Assembly (NCBI GenBank): GCA_965218095.1
Contig: OZ244587.1
Span: forward strand, 1,664,001-1,728,000
Reading direction: 5' to 3'
Source: Candidatus Poribacteria bacterium
GTDB lineage: Bacteria > Poribacteria > WGA-4E > PCPOR2b
DNA length: 64,000 nt
Positions 1 to 8,992 of the stretch are shown here, piece by piece (the first letter of the stretch is position 1; every line of letters starts with the position of its first letter). A program made the translations under genes and the position numbers. The notes beneath the pieces were generated by a model, which was not told the DNA's origin, did no database searches, and worked only from the letters and a program-made list of their open reading frames with translations.

Positions 1-342
1 CGGATTGCACATCAACATCATCTCCGTCACCGGTGCATCTTCTTCCGCCAGAAGCTCGCTGCTGACGTCCTGTATATTCTCGTGCAGCCAGAATTCGATT
101 GCACTGGCTGTCTGTTCGTCGTGCTCGGCACCCATCGTTGCCACCGACAACCTCGGTTGCGCACCCGATTCCCACACGCCCCCAGGCGGAGCGTCTGGGC
201 CACGTTCCCTCGCCCAGACCACTCTTTGCCGTTTCACTAGGAGCTCATGGCTCCGTCGCAGCTCTTCGAGCTGATCCGGCGGTATAACTTCGCGCAGAAT
301 GACGTATCCCTGCTCCAGGAATTGGTCTCGGCTTACTTTCAT
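1..342 (-). CDS. Phytanoyl-CoA dioxygenase (PhyH)-family protein, N-terminal part (runs off window)
   Basis: Manual translation from ATG 342 with upstream AAAGGAG: MKVSRDQFLEQGYVILREVIPPDQLEELRR, a typical PhyH N-terminus; open to position 1. Confidence 0.7.
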   Translation of the reverse strand, partial: MKVSRDQFLEQGYVILREVIPPDQLEELRRSHELLVKRQRVVWARERGPDAPPGGVWESGAQPRLSVATMGAEHDEQTASAIEFWLHENIQDVSSELLAEEDAPVTEMMLMCNP

Positions 343-726
343 TGCTTTGTCTTCTCCTTTTTCGTTTGACTGTTGCAGTTGATTGAGGGCGCTATCCATT
401 GGACATGTTTGTGAAGCAACGGGTGGCAAAAGAAACCCTCGCATGAAGCAGGGGTTATCTTGGAAAACGTCAGATTTTCTGATTGATACCGAATGCCCGA
501 AGTGTTGCACTCGCCAGAAATTTTATTGCGACACTCGCTGAAATGTGTCCGGTTTTCTTCGCCAATGTGACATCCGTCGCTTCTTGACCCTTAATTCGCA
601 CTGTATTGCTCCATCTACTTCACAAAAGACCGAATGTTCAAACCTAATCAAGAAGTAACATAAACACCTCCGGTTTTACCGGACTCGCTTTGGGAGATGA
701 ATCTTAGGATCTAAAGTGAATCCTGG

Positions 727-969
727 TTATGGTTTTAGAAACTGTCGTCTACCACGGATAGCGTGGTCAATCACAACTACCTTTTCGTCGAGCCCAATCA
801 TTTCTTCGGGATGCCCTACTGCCATTTCTACCTTGGTGAAACCGGCTTTCGGAAATTGCTTTGAGTGCAGCATCATGCACTTTGTTAAGTCGTGTCGCAC
901 CGCCAATTCCATAACGGCCCAAATTGTAACATTTTCAACAGACAGAAACAATCGGTAACCGATCGTCAT
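727..969 (-). CDS. Short hypothetical protein or gene remnant
   Basis: Open frame only, no recognisable motif. Confidence 0.2.
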   Translation of the reverse strand: MTIGYRLFLSVENVTIWAVMELAVRHDLTKCMMLHSKQFPKAGFTKVEMAVGHPEEMIGLDEKVVVIDHAIRGRRQFLKP

Positions 970-1388
970 TAGTCGTTCTTCGGCATTTTTGCCGGCAAGC
1001 AAAAACACAAAACCCATCGGAGATCCAACTCGCCGCCATTGCGCGCCACCCACACGCCCCAACGCCTTCGTTTAGTGGTTGAAGTCGTATTCCATCAGTT
1101 CATCGGTTCCCTGCCCCGCGATGCCGTTCTGCCCCAGCTGGCGCGCTTCGCTGACGATGCGGTCGATCGCCGTTGAGGGCCAGCCCGTTCCGTGGATGAT
1201 CGGGTAGGAGGGCATGGCACATTTTAATCTTCCGCAGGTTCCACACCTTCGGAAGGATCCGATGAAAACTGAACTCGGCAATCATAATGCGCCCTTCAAA
1301 TAATCACACAGTGAGGCTTACGCGGATTTGCGCTTTTCCTAATCCATGAACTCCTACCCAGTCAGTCGCCCAGAGCAAATCTGCGATT

Positions 1389-3012
1389 CTAACGAGATTG
1401 AGCAACCAACCCTTCAGGTGTAACCCGGATGAACTGCGCCCGCATCAGCGACTCGAAGGAATCCCAGGAGACATACAACACCACATCCGGTTCAACCTCG
1501 ATCATGCTCCCCATCACCCATACGGCGGAATCAATGAGGGTGCCCCGGTCCCAAATGCCCCCGTCGTCCAAGCTGGTGTGGATGGTGCAGCCGGGCAGAC
1601 GGTGTGATACGAGAATTGCCCCCGACGCAGTGCGAAGCATGTTCGCGGTCGCGTAGCCGGGGAATGGACCACGCACACAAGGGGTCCAGGTCGCGCCGGC
1701 GTCCGCAGACCATGTTTCCCACATCCAGGGCGAGTAAATCGGACGAATCAACGCGAGGATGCGTCCGTCGCCGGTCTGTACACCGCAGACTTCTGTGAGA
1801 TCGAAGTTGCCGTCCACAGGATTCCCCTTGCTGTTCCGCGCACCGTCCACATTTACCCATGCCGACCACGTTTTGCCGTTGTTGGTGGAGCGGCACGCAT
1901 ACGCCTGACAGTGATGTGAACTCCACGTGTGAAGCGCAGTTTCAGGCACGGTCGAGTCGTGTTCACCATAGCCGAACATCACCACCGAAGCATCGGCGAG
2001 GTTTACAAACACTTGTGGACCGGTCCCGAGACGCTTTACCCCCGGTGGAGGCGGCGCAACCATGACCGGCTCCGACGTCGACCAAGTGTGTCCATCGTCC
2101 AGCGACTCCGCCAGACGATATGCATCCTCGCCAGGAATCAATAGCCGGAGCTTGCCGTCGGGAAAAACATGGATGACTCCCCAGCCCTCCCACTCGCCGA
2201 CCTTCAATCCTGCTACCGGCTCTGGCTTCGACCAGGTTCTGCCGTTGTCCGTTGAATGGGTCATCAGCGGCGTAACCGTACCTCGATAAGCCTGTTCCTG
2301 TACAGTGTAGTTCAGCAGCAGATGTCCACCGGGTGTACGCACCAATTGTCCGGGGCGTTGCCACTGCCCGTATTCTGTATCAGGACAGGGGTGAAACCAG
2401 TTCGTGGGCGGCTGTGGGCGGTCGTTCCAGGGACCGGCTGGCAATTCTGTGCCATCAATCGAGAGGTTGCGAATGCCGGCTCTACCGAAAAGGTAAACGC
2501 CGATCCTGCTGGGACCACGGAAGGTCACGTCCGATGCATCAAAGATACCAGTGCTACCGATGCGTGCGACCAGTTTGTCCCCGATGAGATGAACGTCCAC
2601 GTCCAGCCAGAGACCGCTTGTACTCGGCACACGCCGCACCAATTCCAGTTTGACTATCCGTAGATACCCGCTGTCATCCATGCGGGACAATGCCGCCCAG
2701 AAATGTTGGGCGCGGCTGGCTTGACCGCAGTTGGGGAAATGCAGCAGATAGAAATGACTGGGGTCCGCTGCACGAAGGATGATGCCTGCATCCGAGTGAG
2801 GAGTCAGCCGAAACTGGAAGCGGGCGTGCAGGTCGCTGTAAACTTCGTCTTGAAAGAAAGCGTAGTGACTTCCCTGAATGCCGACCCCATCTTGTCTGAG
2901 AGTTTCGTCAGGCACGGATGAGGGCATTTTCGGGACCGTCGCACCATGCGCCGTTGATAAAGCTCCACCCGCTCCCATCGCCGAAGCGTAAAACGTGATT
3001 CCTGTTAGTCAT
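1389..3012 (-). CDS. BNR/Asp-box sialidase-like protein with N-terminal lectin/DUF1080-like domain; apparent frameshift near 2925
   Basis: Asp-boxes STDNGRTW, SLDDGHTW, STNNGKTW, SADAGATW, SLDDGGIW; the GGAGG-preceded ATG at 3012 (MTNRNHVLRFGDGSGWSFINGAW) is out of frame with the 529-aa ORF. Confidence 0.75.
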
Positions 3013-3087
3013 CGGAGTACCTCCATGTGTGAAAAGTGAAATGCAAGGCGTAACCTCTATTTTGTATCGCATTTATAAATAATTGGC

Positions 3088-3116
3088 TTGCAGATTCTTT
3101 GAATATGTGATATTAT
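3088..3116 (+). promoter_or_regulatory. Sigma70-like promoter overlapping the left IS end, facing the passenger ORFs
   Basis: TTGCAG-17 bp-TATTAT with TG extension. Confidence 0.6.
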
Positions 3117-3200
3117 TGGGGTGTTACAAGCCTGTGATTCTGAAGTTTATTAAATCGTTGGCTTGTTTTACCTTTCCTCGCCAAAGTAAAGGACACCCCA

Positions 3201-3641
3201 ATGAGTGATTTTCTTAGTGTAGTAGCGGATATACTCATTATCATTGCTGCTGGAAAGTTCATTTGGAAACACATTCCCAGTAGTGACGATTTGTATAGTA
3301 TCAGAAAGTCCTTCATAGACTTCAGAGATGAAGCAAAACAACTGAAAGAAGAAGTCGTCAATTTAAGAAGGGTAGAGCTTACCAACATCGCAGAGAATCT
3401 GAAAACTAGAGATGCAACTGCGAAGAAAACCGTACCTGTTGAAGATATTGACAAGAAACTTGATTCTTTTCAACAGTCAGTAACGAGAATGGACAGGTAC
3501 ATGACAACTACCCTTGCAACTCATGTAGCAGTCATCAAGTCAATAGATAGTATAGAGGGGCGTTATGCCCAAATGGAGGAACGATTTGGGCAAACCGAAA
3601 CAACCCTCCGAAATGTTGCTAGAAGATTGCACATGAGATAG
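3201..3641 (+). CDS. IS passenger: hypothetical protein with N-terminal hydrophobic helix and coiled-coil-like region
   Basis: 146-aa ORF, AAAGGA RBS. Confidence 0.65.
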   Translation: MSDFLSVVADILIIIAAGKFIWKHIPSSDDLYSIRKSFIDFRDEAKQLKEEVVNLRRVELTNIAENLKTRDATAKKTVPVEDIDKKLDSFQQSVTRMDRYMTTTLATHVAVIKSIDSIEGRYAQMEERFGQTETTLRNVARRLHMR

Positions 3642-3706
3642 ACATAAAACAGGCGAGGGGGTGTTATAGCACCCCCACCGCCACAACATGGCAAAGGAGA
3701 CCCCCC

Positions 3707-3886
3707 ATGCCACGCATCAAATACATCAAGTCTTACAGGCGTAAAGACGGCACGCTTGTAAGTCCACATATACGGACAACTGCTGATAACACCCTCTGCA
3801 TCACGACTTATTCCAATGAAAGGAGGGATTATCGTGTTTATAAAAATACGCAAAACCTTTACGTTTATCGTACTCAAAATCGCTAA
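3707..3886 (+). CDS. IS passenger: 59-aa basic protein with Y-R-K-D-G-T-x-V-x-P-H-x-R motif
   Basis: Manual translation MPRIKYIKSYRRKDGTLVSPHIRTTADN...; AAAGGAG RBS; below ORF-track cutoff. Confidence 0.55.
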   Translation: MPRIKYIKSYRRKDGTLVSPHIRTTADNTLCITTYSNERRDYRVYKNTQNLYVYRTQNR

Positions 3887-3944
3887 ACGTAAGGGTAATC
3901 AAACGCCGTATAGCAGTCCTTATACGGCTACGCCTAAGCAATAA
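3834..3944 (+). CDS. Possible 36-aa basic/hydrophobic peptide
   Basis: AAAGGAGG then GTG: MFIKIRKTFTFIVLKIAKRKGNQTPYSSPYTATPKQ; overlaps previous ORF. Confidence 0.3.
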   Translation: MFIKIRKTFTFIVLKIAKRKGNQTPYSSPYTATPKQ

Positions 3945-4026
3945 CTCTTAGGCAATATCAGGGGGTGCTACACAAAGCACTCCCTGATATTTTGTTGCTA
4001 GAGTGTCCGGCTCCCACCGGACACTC
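3905..4026. repeat. Four back-to-back hairpins (possible structured RNA or terminators)
   Basis: GCCGTATA/TATACGGC, GCCTAAG/CTTAGGC, AATATCAGGGGGTGCT/AGCACTCCCTGATATT, GAGTGTCCGG/CCGGACACTC. Confidence 0.75.
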
Positions 4027-4075
4027 CCTTATGGGAAAACCTCTGAAAATATGACTCAGAAAGGAGGCAGATGTT

Positions 4076-4270
4076 ATGTCATCACAAAGGAAGGTGGATA
4101 TTCAACGTGTTAAAGAACATCTACAAAAACATGCTGATAAAACCCACCGAATTGAAGAGAGGTTATTTACCTCTACTGCAACCGTAGAAGATTTAAGAGT
4201 TGCAATTCAGTTACTTAAAAATGACTACACACTAATTACAACCATTTTCAAAAGGTTGGAAATAGTGTAA
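4076..4270 (+). CDS. IS passenger: 64-aa hypothetical helical protein
   Basis: AAAGGAGG RBS; ORF flanked by 13-bp inverted repeat. Confidence 0.6.
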   Translation: MSSQRKVDIQRVKEHLQKHADKTHRIEERLFTSTATVEDLRVAIQLLKNDYTLITTIFKRLEIV

Positions 4271-4308
4271 TCTAATCCTTCTATGGAGTCTCCAGAGGTT
4301 TTCCCACC

Positions 4309-5190
4309 CTACACAAAGCATTCCCTGATAAACTTCTTGAAGATGTTCCGGTTCTTCCGGTTGTTGTACTTGTAACACGCCTCAGCGATGTAGAGCGAAA
4401 CATGCTTGTAGTGGTGATGTGTACCATGAAACGCACGTTTCACCAGCGACCAGAACCCTTCAATCGTGTTTGTGTGGGTATTACCGTCCACGTACTGCCA
4501 GTTCTTGTGTCTGATGACATGGTGAGGCATGAGCCCATCAACCGCCTCATACGATGAGAACTCATCTGTCATTAGAACTGAATCCTTCGGCTTCTCAATA
4601 ACGCCTTTGATGAACCCCAAAACGCCCTTACGACTCAAACTCGTAGCCACACGCGCCACAACATTCCCAGCCCGTTCAACAGCACCGATAACGGGCGTTT
4701 TCTTCGTGCCTCTACCTCGCTTGCTCGGTGGAGGCAAGTTCCCGTCCTTGTCTTTTCGTCGTCGGGGCTTACCGCCCACGTAGGTTTCATCGCATTCAAT
4801 AATTCCTCTCAGTAAAACCTTGCCCTTTCTACCCATCTCAGACCTGATTCGTTTCATCATGAACCAAGCTGAGGGTTGCGTTAAGTCCAAATGACGAGCC
4901 ATTTGACAACTTGATAGGCTTTTCTTCGCATCGTTCATTAACAGGATAGCCATAAACCACTTCTGAAGTGGAATCTGTGTTCCTTGAAATATCGTTCCCT
5001 GTAACACATTGAAACTTGACTTACAAGTATGGCAATTCCAACGACCAATTATGCTAGCTTCATTCTTCGGTGCAACCTTTTTACTTTCGCAATATGGACA
5101 CTCAGGTTTGCCACCCCAGCGGATAGTTTCTAAGTGTTTAATACAACTCTCTTGGTCAGAAAATCGTTCTACAGCATCAAACAAGTTCAT
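4309..5190 (-). CDS. IS1595-family transposase
   Basis: Zn ribbon CPYC...CHTC, DETYVGG, TDEFSSY, HTNTIEGFWS. Confidence 0.95.
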   Translation of the reverse strand: MNLFDAVERFSDQESCIKHLETIRWGGKPECPYCESKKVAPKNEASIIGRWNCHTCKSSFNVLQGTIFQGTQIPLQKWFMAILLMNDAKKSLSSCQMARHLDLTQPSAWFMMKRIRSEMGRKGKVLLRGIIECDETYVGGKPRRRKDKDGNLPPPSKRGRGTKKTPVIGAVERAGNVVARVATSLSRKGVLGFIKGVIEKPKDSVLMTDEFSSYEAVDGLMPHHVIRHKNWQYVDGNTHTNTIEGFWSLVKRAFHGTHHHYKHVSLYIAEACYKYNNRKNRNIFKKFIRECFV

Positions 5191-5229
5191 TCATCTCAAC
5201 TCCTTTATTCATAAGGGTTTGATGCCTAT

Positions 5230-5258
5230 ATTGTATCAAATTTACACAAAACTTGCAA
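5230..5258 (-). promoter_or_regulatory. Transposase promoter overlapping the right IS end
   Basis: TTGCAA-17 bp-TACAAT on minus strand. Confidence 0.6.
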
Positions 5259-5332
5259 GCCTAAACCTTATAAGCGCGTTTTGTATTTTGGGGGCATATT
5301 AACGCCAGTCCGTGTCTGTTCATTGGTTTACC

Positions 5333-5713
5333 TCATTTCGGCGGATCGCAAATGCGACATGGTTCGTAGCGTTCCCTGGCATTTTCCAATTTCATCGGCT
5401 TTTGGTTTTCCCCGAGGAACTGGCATCCCTCTCTATGATACCTTTTCCCGGCGGGGTTCACATAAACGAGAATATCTTCGTTGACCATTTCGTTTTTCTC
5501 CCTTTGTTTCCTATTCACCTTCCCCATAATCCTTAGAATCGCTTGGATGACTGATCCGGCGGCGATTGTCCCGAGGATAGTTGTTGCGATGAATCCCGTG
5601 AAAACCCAGTTGGCTATTATGTCCCAGACGCCTGTTCTCTCGTCAGTGGCTTTGTCGTGTTGCGTCCGCGGTTCTAATTCCTTTTGTGCTCTTTCTTCGC
5701 GTGTTTCTGCCAT
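5333..5713 (-). CDS. Membrane protein with C-terminal Ada-like metal-binding motif
   Basis: One TM segment; VYVNPAGKRYHREGC...YEPCRICDP. Confidence 0.65.
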   Translation of the reverse strand: MAETREERAQKELEPRTQHDKATDERTGVWDIIANWVFTGFIATTILGTIAAGSVIQAILRIMGKVNRKQREKNEMVNEDILVYVNPAGKRYHREGCQFLGENQKPMKLENARERYEPCRICDPPK

Positions 5714-5792
5714 TGCATTCCTCTCCTTTCAACATTGCCCGCTTGGGTCTTAGAGAAATCAATATTACGAGTTTTTTACTTAAAGTCTGATT

Positions 5793-5926
5793 GCGCCGGT
5801 CGAGTAGGAGCACTGCGACGTATCGAGACCAAGCAAACCACCGCTCACTTGGTTTCTTGGTTTCGATACACCTTCAGCTACTCAACCTACCGCTCAACCA
5901 CCGACGCTTCGCTACTCAACCGGCGC
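5793..5926. repeat. REP/BIME-like composite palindrome
   Basis: GCGCCGGTCGAGTAG...CTACTCAACCGGCGC and GTATCGAGACC...GGTTTCGATAC. Confidence 0.55.
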
Positions 5927-5970
5927 TCGCTAACTGAAAAAGTTGTATCAATATCCACTTGTCATTAATG

Positions 5971-8001
5971 TCATTTCCACTCACGTGCGTCTAGCCCCTC
6001 ACCTATGGTCGGCAGGCATGACATCCGCAATCTAGCACAACCTAGTGGAATCATTCTAATCGTTTCTTCGGGCGCGTCCGACTTGATTGGACTTGGCCGA
6101 AGTTCCTCAACGGTCTCGTTCTCCAGATTCCAGTTGGGAATGCGCTTTGCCTTCACCTTGATCTCCACGGGCGCGCCCTCGACCGTCCACGGTTGAACTG
6201 CCAACCTATTTTTCTCCTCTACCGTCAGGGAGGAGGCTGGTTTATCGCAGTCTATCACCAGGCCGTAGTTCCATGGGCTTTTGGGTAGCACCGCCCACTC
6301 AGGCCAACCCGCCGTACCCCCGCACCGGCTCCATTCTTCCTCAATCCGAATCGAGTAGCTCAACGGCCCCCGGTCCACTGTCACACTACCGTTGCGCGGC
6401 CAATCTGTCAAAGCAAGCTCCATCGGCATCACGATGTCTACCCTATCGCCGTCAATCCACTCCCGCTCGATCCGAAGGTATGTTTGAGGCCCTGCTTCCA
6501 CATCCAACCTTTTACCGTTTAGGGAAACACACAAACCCTTGCACCACTTCGGCACGCGCAGATAAAGCGGAAACTCTACTGACTGAGAAGTCGCGACCTC
6601 CATATGCACCGTATCTCTGAAGGGATAATGGGTCTCCGCATGAATCGTGACCTCTCTCCCCTCCCGGCCGACCTTTGCAGTTACCTCTGAAGCCGCATAC
6701 ATCCAGGCAGCCAAACCGCCATCGGCCGTTCCCTGCCACAGGTTCTCCACGTACCAGGGCCAACCCATCGCCACATTGTGCTGACAGCAACGGTAGAGAT
6801 AAGGGGAATAGGAGATCATGCATGCTTTATTGGCATACTCATGGTTGCCTGAAGCATCGAGTTGCGGCTGATTAGATGCTGTAAGGTAATGCAGCCCTTT
6901 GAGGTCGGGCGTCTGGGAAGCGGGGAAATGGTTTAGAGTGATGTCTTCACAGCGGTCTGCGTACTTTGGATGGCCCGTGATTCGTCCCAGGATGTAGAAA
7001 CTCTTGTTGAACTCAATCATGGCACAGGTCTCGCAACCCTGTCTTGGATCAGTATACGTGGAACGAAGGACCTCGTCTGCCCCGAAGATGCCCCTGGGCT
7101 GCTGACCCCAGGTGCCCATATGCTGATTGTACCAGTATTCTGAGGCAGCCAGATGCCATGATGCTTTCGATTGGGGGTAGTAACTGCCCGGATAGCGGAA
7201 GCGATGGGTGAAATCCACCACATGGTGGGCCAACCATTCGTCCGTTCTGTAGCGTCTCATTGTGTCGTTATCACCAGCGTTTAACATCCCCTCACGTCCA
7301 GGCCATTGATCGGTTGTGTGCGGAAAGTGTTTGAAAAAGCGCGTCGCAAGCTCCAGCAGCCACAACTCCCCTGTTTGGTTGTAAAGCCAGTGGAGGTGAG
7401 GGATCATCTCGCAAGGACGGCGCTTGTCGACAATCGGCTCATCAGGGATGAACACCTCATCGGGTATATCACGGCAGTACTGGAAAAAGTGGGTCATAAA
7501 TGGGATAACGCGGGCGTCCCCAGTATATTCGTAATGGTGGATGATCGGGTCGAGCATAACGGCGTGGGCCCAGAGGCCCGTAAACTTCTCACCGAATTCC
7601 CCTTCAACAGGTGCGAGGTTGCCGGGACCGAAATAACCGTTCCCCTCCTGGCTGGCAAAGGCAGCCTCGATCCATCTTTGGGATTCCTCCAATAAATTTT
7701 TATCTCCCCTCAGTACTACGAGGTCGTGGAAGCCCCGCAACCAGTACGGCGCCTCCTCTGCCCCACTGACCTCCTCACCCCCTAGCCAACCGTTGTTGGG
7801 TTTAAGGAAGTCGCTCAACTCGTCCAGGTGGCCCACCATCCCATCGGCCATCAGCTCAAGCTGAACTTTAAGCCACCCACCCGGGCGTATGCACCCAAGC
7901 GGGAGTTTGACAAGTGGATTTGGAAGAAGGGGAGGTCGATTTGTCGTATAGAAGGAATTTGATTTACTTACATCGGGCTTCTCTACAACGGTTACCAGCA
8001 T
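5971..8001 (-). CDS. GH127/GH146-like beta-L-arabinofuranosidase
   Basis: CETCAMIE and CCQHN Cys motifs, ETHYPF, RGPLSY; 676 aa. Confidence 0.9.
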   Translation of the reverse strand: MLVTVVEKPDVSKSNSFYTTNRPPLLPNPLVKLPLGCIRPGGWLKVQLELMADGMVGHLDELSDFLKPNNGWLGGEEVSGAEEAPYWLRGFHDLVVLRGDKNLLEESQRWIEAAFASQEGNGYFGPGNLAPVEGEFGEKFTGLWAHAVMLDPIIHHYEYTGDARVIPFMTHFFQYCRDIPDEVFIPDEPIVDKRRPCEMIPHLHWLYNQTGELWLLELATRFFKHFPHTTDQWPGREGMLNAGDNDTMRRYRTDEWLAHHVVDFTHRFRYPGSYYPQSKASWHLAASEYWYNQHMGTWGQQPRGIFGADEVLRSTYTDPRQGCETCAMIEFNKSFYILGRITGHPKYADRCEDITLNHFPASQTPDLKGLHYLTASNQPQLDASGNHEYANKACMISYSPYLYRCCQHNVAMGWPWYVENLWQGTADGGLAAWMYAASEVTAKVGREGREVTIHAETHYPFRDTVHMEVATSQSVEFPLYLRVPKWCKGLCVSLNGKRLDVEAGPQTYLRIEREWIDGDRVDIVMPMELALTDWPRNGSVTVDRGPLSYSIRIEEEWSRCGGTAGWPEWAVLPKSPWNYGLVIDCDKPASSLTVEEKNRLAVQPWTVEGAPVEIKVKAKRIPNWNLENETVEELRPSPIKSDAPEETIRMIPLGCARLRMSCLPTIGEGLDAREWK

Positions 8002-8048
8002 TTTGGTTCCCTCCTATTTGGATTGAACTGAATTAACAGATTTGCTGC

Positions 8049-8255
8049 CTAATCAGGAGTGGGAGATTGTTTTTGATATCGTGACATGGCCATCTTCAGA
8101 CGGATACACAACTCGGTATCTTCATCACTTTCTGCCATCAGCCGCTGTGCTTCCGCCCAAACCGCTTGTGGGAGAGATATGTGCAGCCGCCACTCCAGCT
8201 CAATAGATGCCTTTTTCAAAAACGCTACGGCTTCTCTTTTGTCATCTGCCAGCAT
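8049..8255 (-). CDS. Small hypothetical protein
   Basis: 68-aa helical ORF; start uncertain. Confidence 0.35.
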   Translation of the reverse strand: MLADDKREAVAFLKKASIELEWRLHISLPQAVWAEAQRLMAESDEDTELCIRLKMAMSRYQKQSPTPD

Positions 8256-8587
8256 CAGTAAATTCTCTTTTATTCATGTGTGCTTCTGCCCTTGTGATCA
8301 GACGATTTGTTTCGTCTTTCATATTATCATCCCGCTACGACTTCTACGCTTTAGCAATCCGGCTTCCTGAGTGTAAATGTACATGAGTGCTATCTGCTTA
8401 CTTCTTATGCCTCATTGCAACCGTTGAGGGCTCATTGGCGAAAATCAACGGGTTAATTTGTGTGAGCAACTCGTCTCGTTCAATAAAACATCAGGATGTT
8501 GAGGAATAACACTTTGTGAATCATGAGGATCTCTCCTTTTTGACAGCCACTCTTGACGCCCCCCTCTATGTCTCCCCCCAACTTTGG

Positions 8588-8817
8588 ACTTACTATTACC
8601 CATAAGTCTGCAAACCCTTGTTGTGGTATAGGGATTCTGCCCGCTGATGAATCAGCGAGCTACACAGCTGCGTCCGATGAAGAAACCGATAAACGAAGTT
8701 TATTAGTTTCTCCTGAATCGAGTTTAGAAGATCGCTCGAAAGCCCGATGAATCGGGCTTCTTTTTCTGTAACTCGGCGACTTCATCGCCGAGCGAAAAGA
8801 TGTGGGTAATAGTAAGC
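8588..8817. mobile_element. MITE copy 1 with internal REP-like palindromes
   Basis: Ends ACTTACTATTACCCA / TGGGTAATAGTAAGC; near-identical to 12705-12931; internal GCCCGATGAATCGGGC and CTCGGCGACTTCATCGCCGAG. Confidence 0.85.
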
Positions 8818-8992
8818 CTTATCAGGGGGAGAGGCAGAGATGCCTCGCTACAGAAACCCGGGCCGATCATACCACAGCATCATTTATCCAAATGAATCGC
8901 CCCGCGCTAGATGAATCAAGCGCCTCAAGTGAGGCGTTAGGACATCAGGGCATTCTATTGGCACTGCACGTAGCGAATATTTGAAAATTATA

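Larger units (their letters stand above)
3068..5278 (-). mobile_element. IS1595-family transporter IS with passenger ORFs
   Basis: Imperfect terminal inverted repeats CGCATTTATAAATAATTGGCTTGCA / TGCAAGCCTAAACCTTATAAGCGCG; exact 8-bp target duplication TTTTGTAT at 3060-3067 and 5279-5286; AT-richer than flanks. Confidence 0.9.

Noticed and set aside
1072-1285. Short ORFs downstream of the sialidase-like gene
   Set aside because: Possibly a gene tail, but no family signal visible
8553-8750. Similar short ORFs at 8553 and 12616
   Set aside because: Translations of the two MITE copies, not genes
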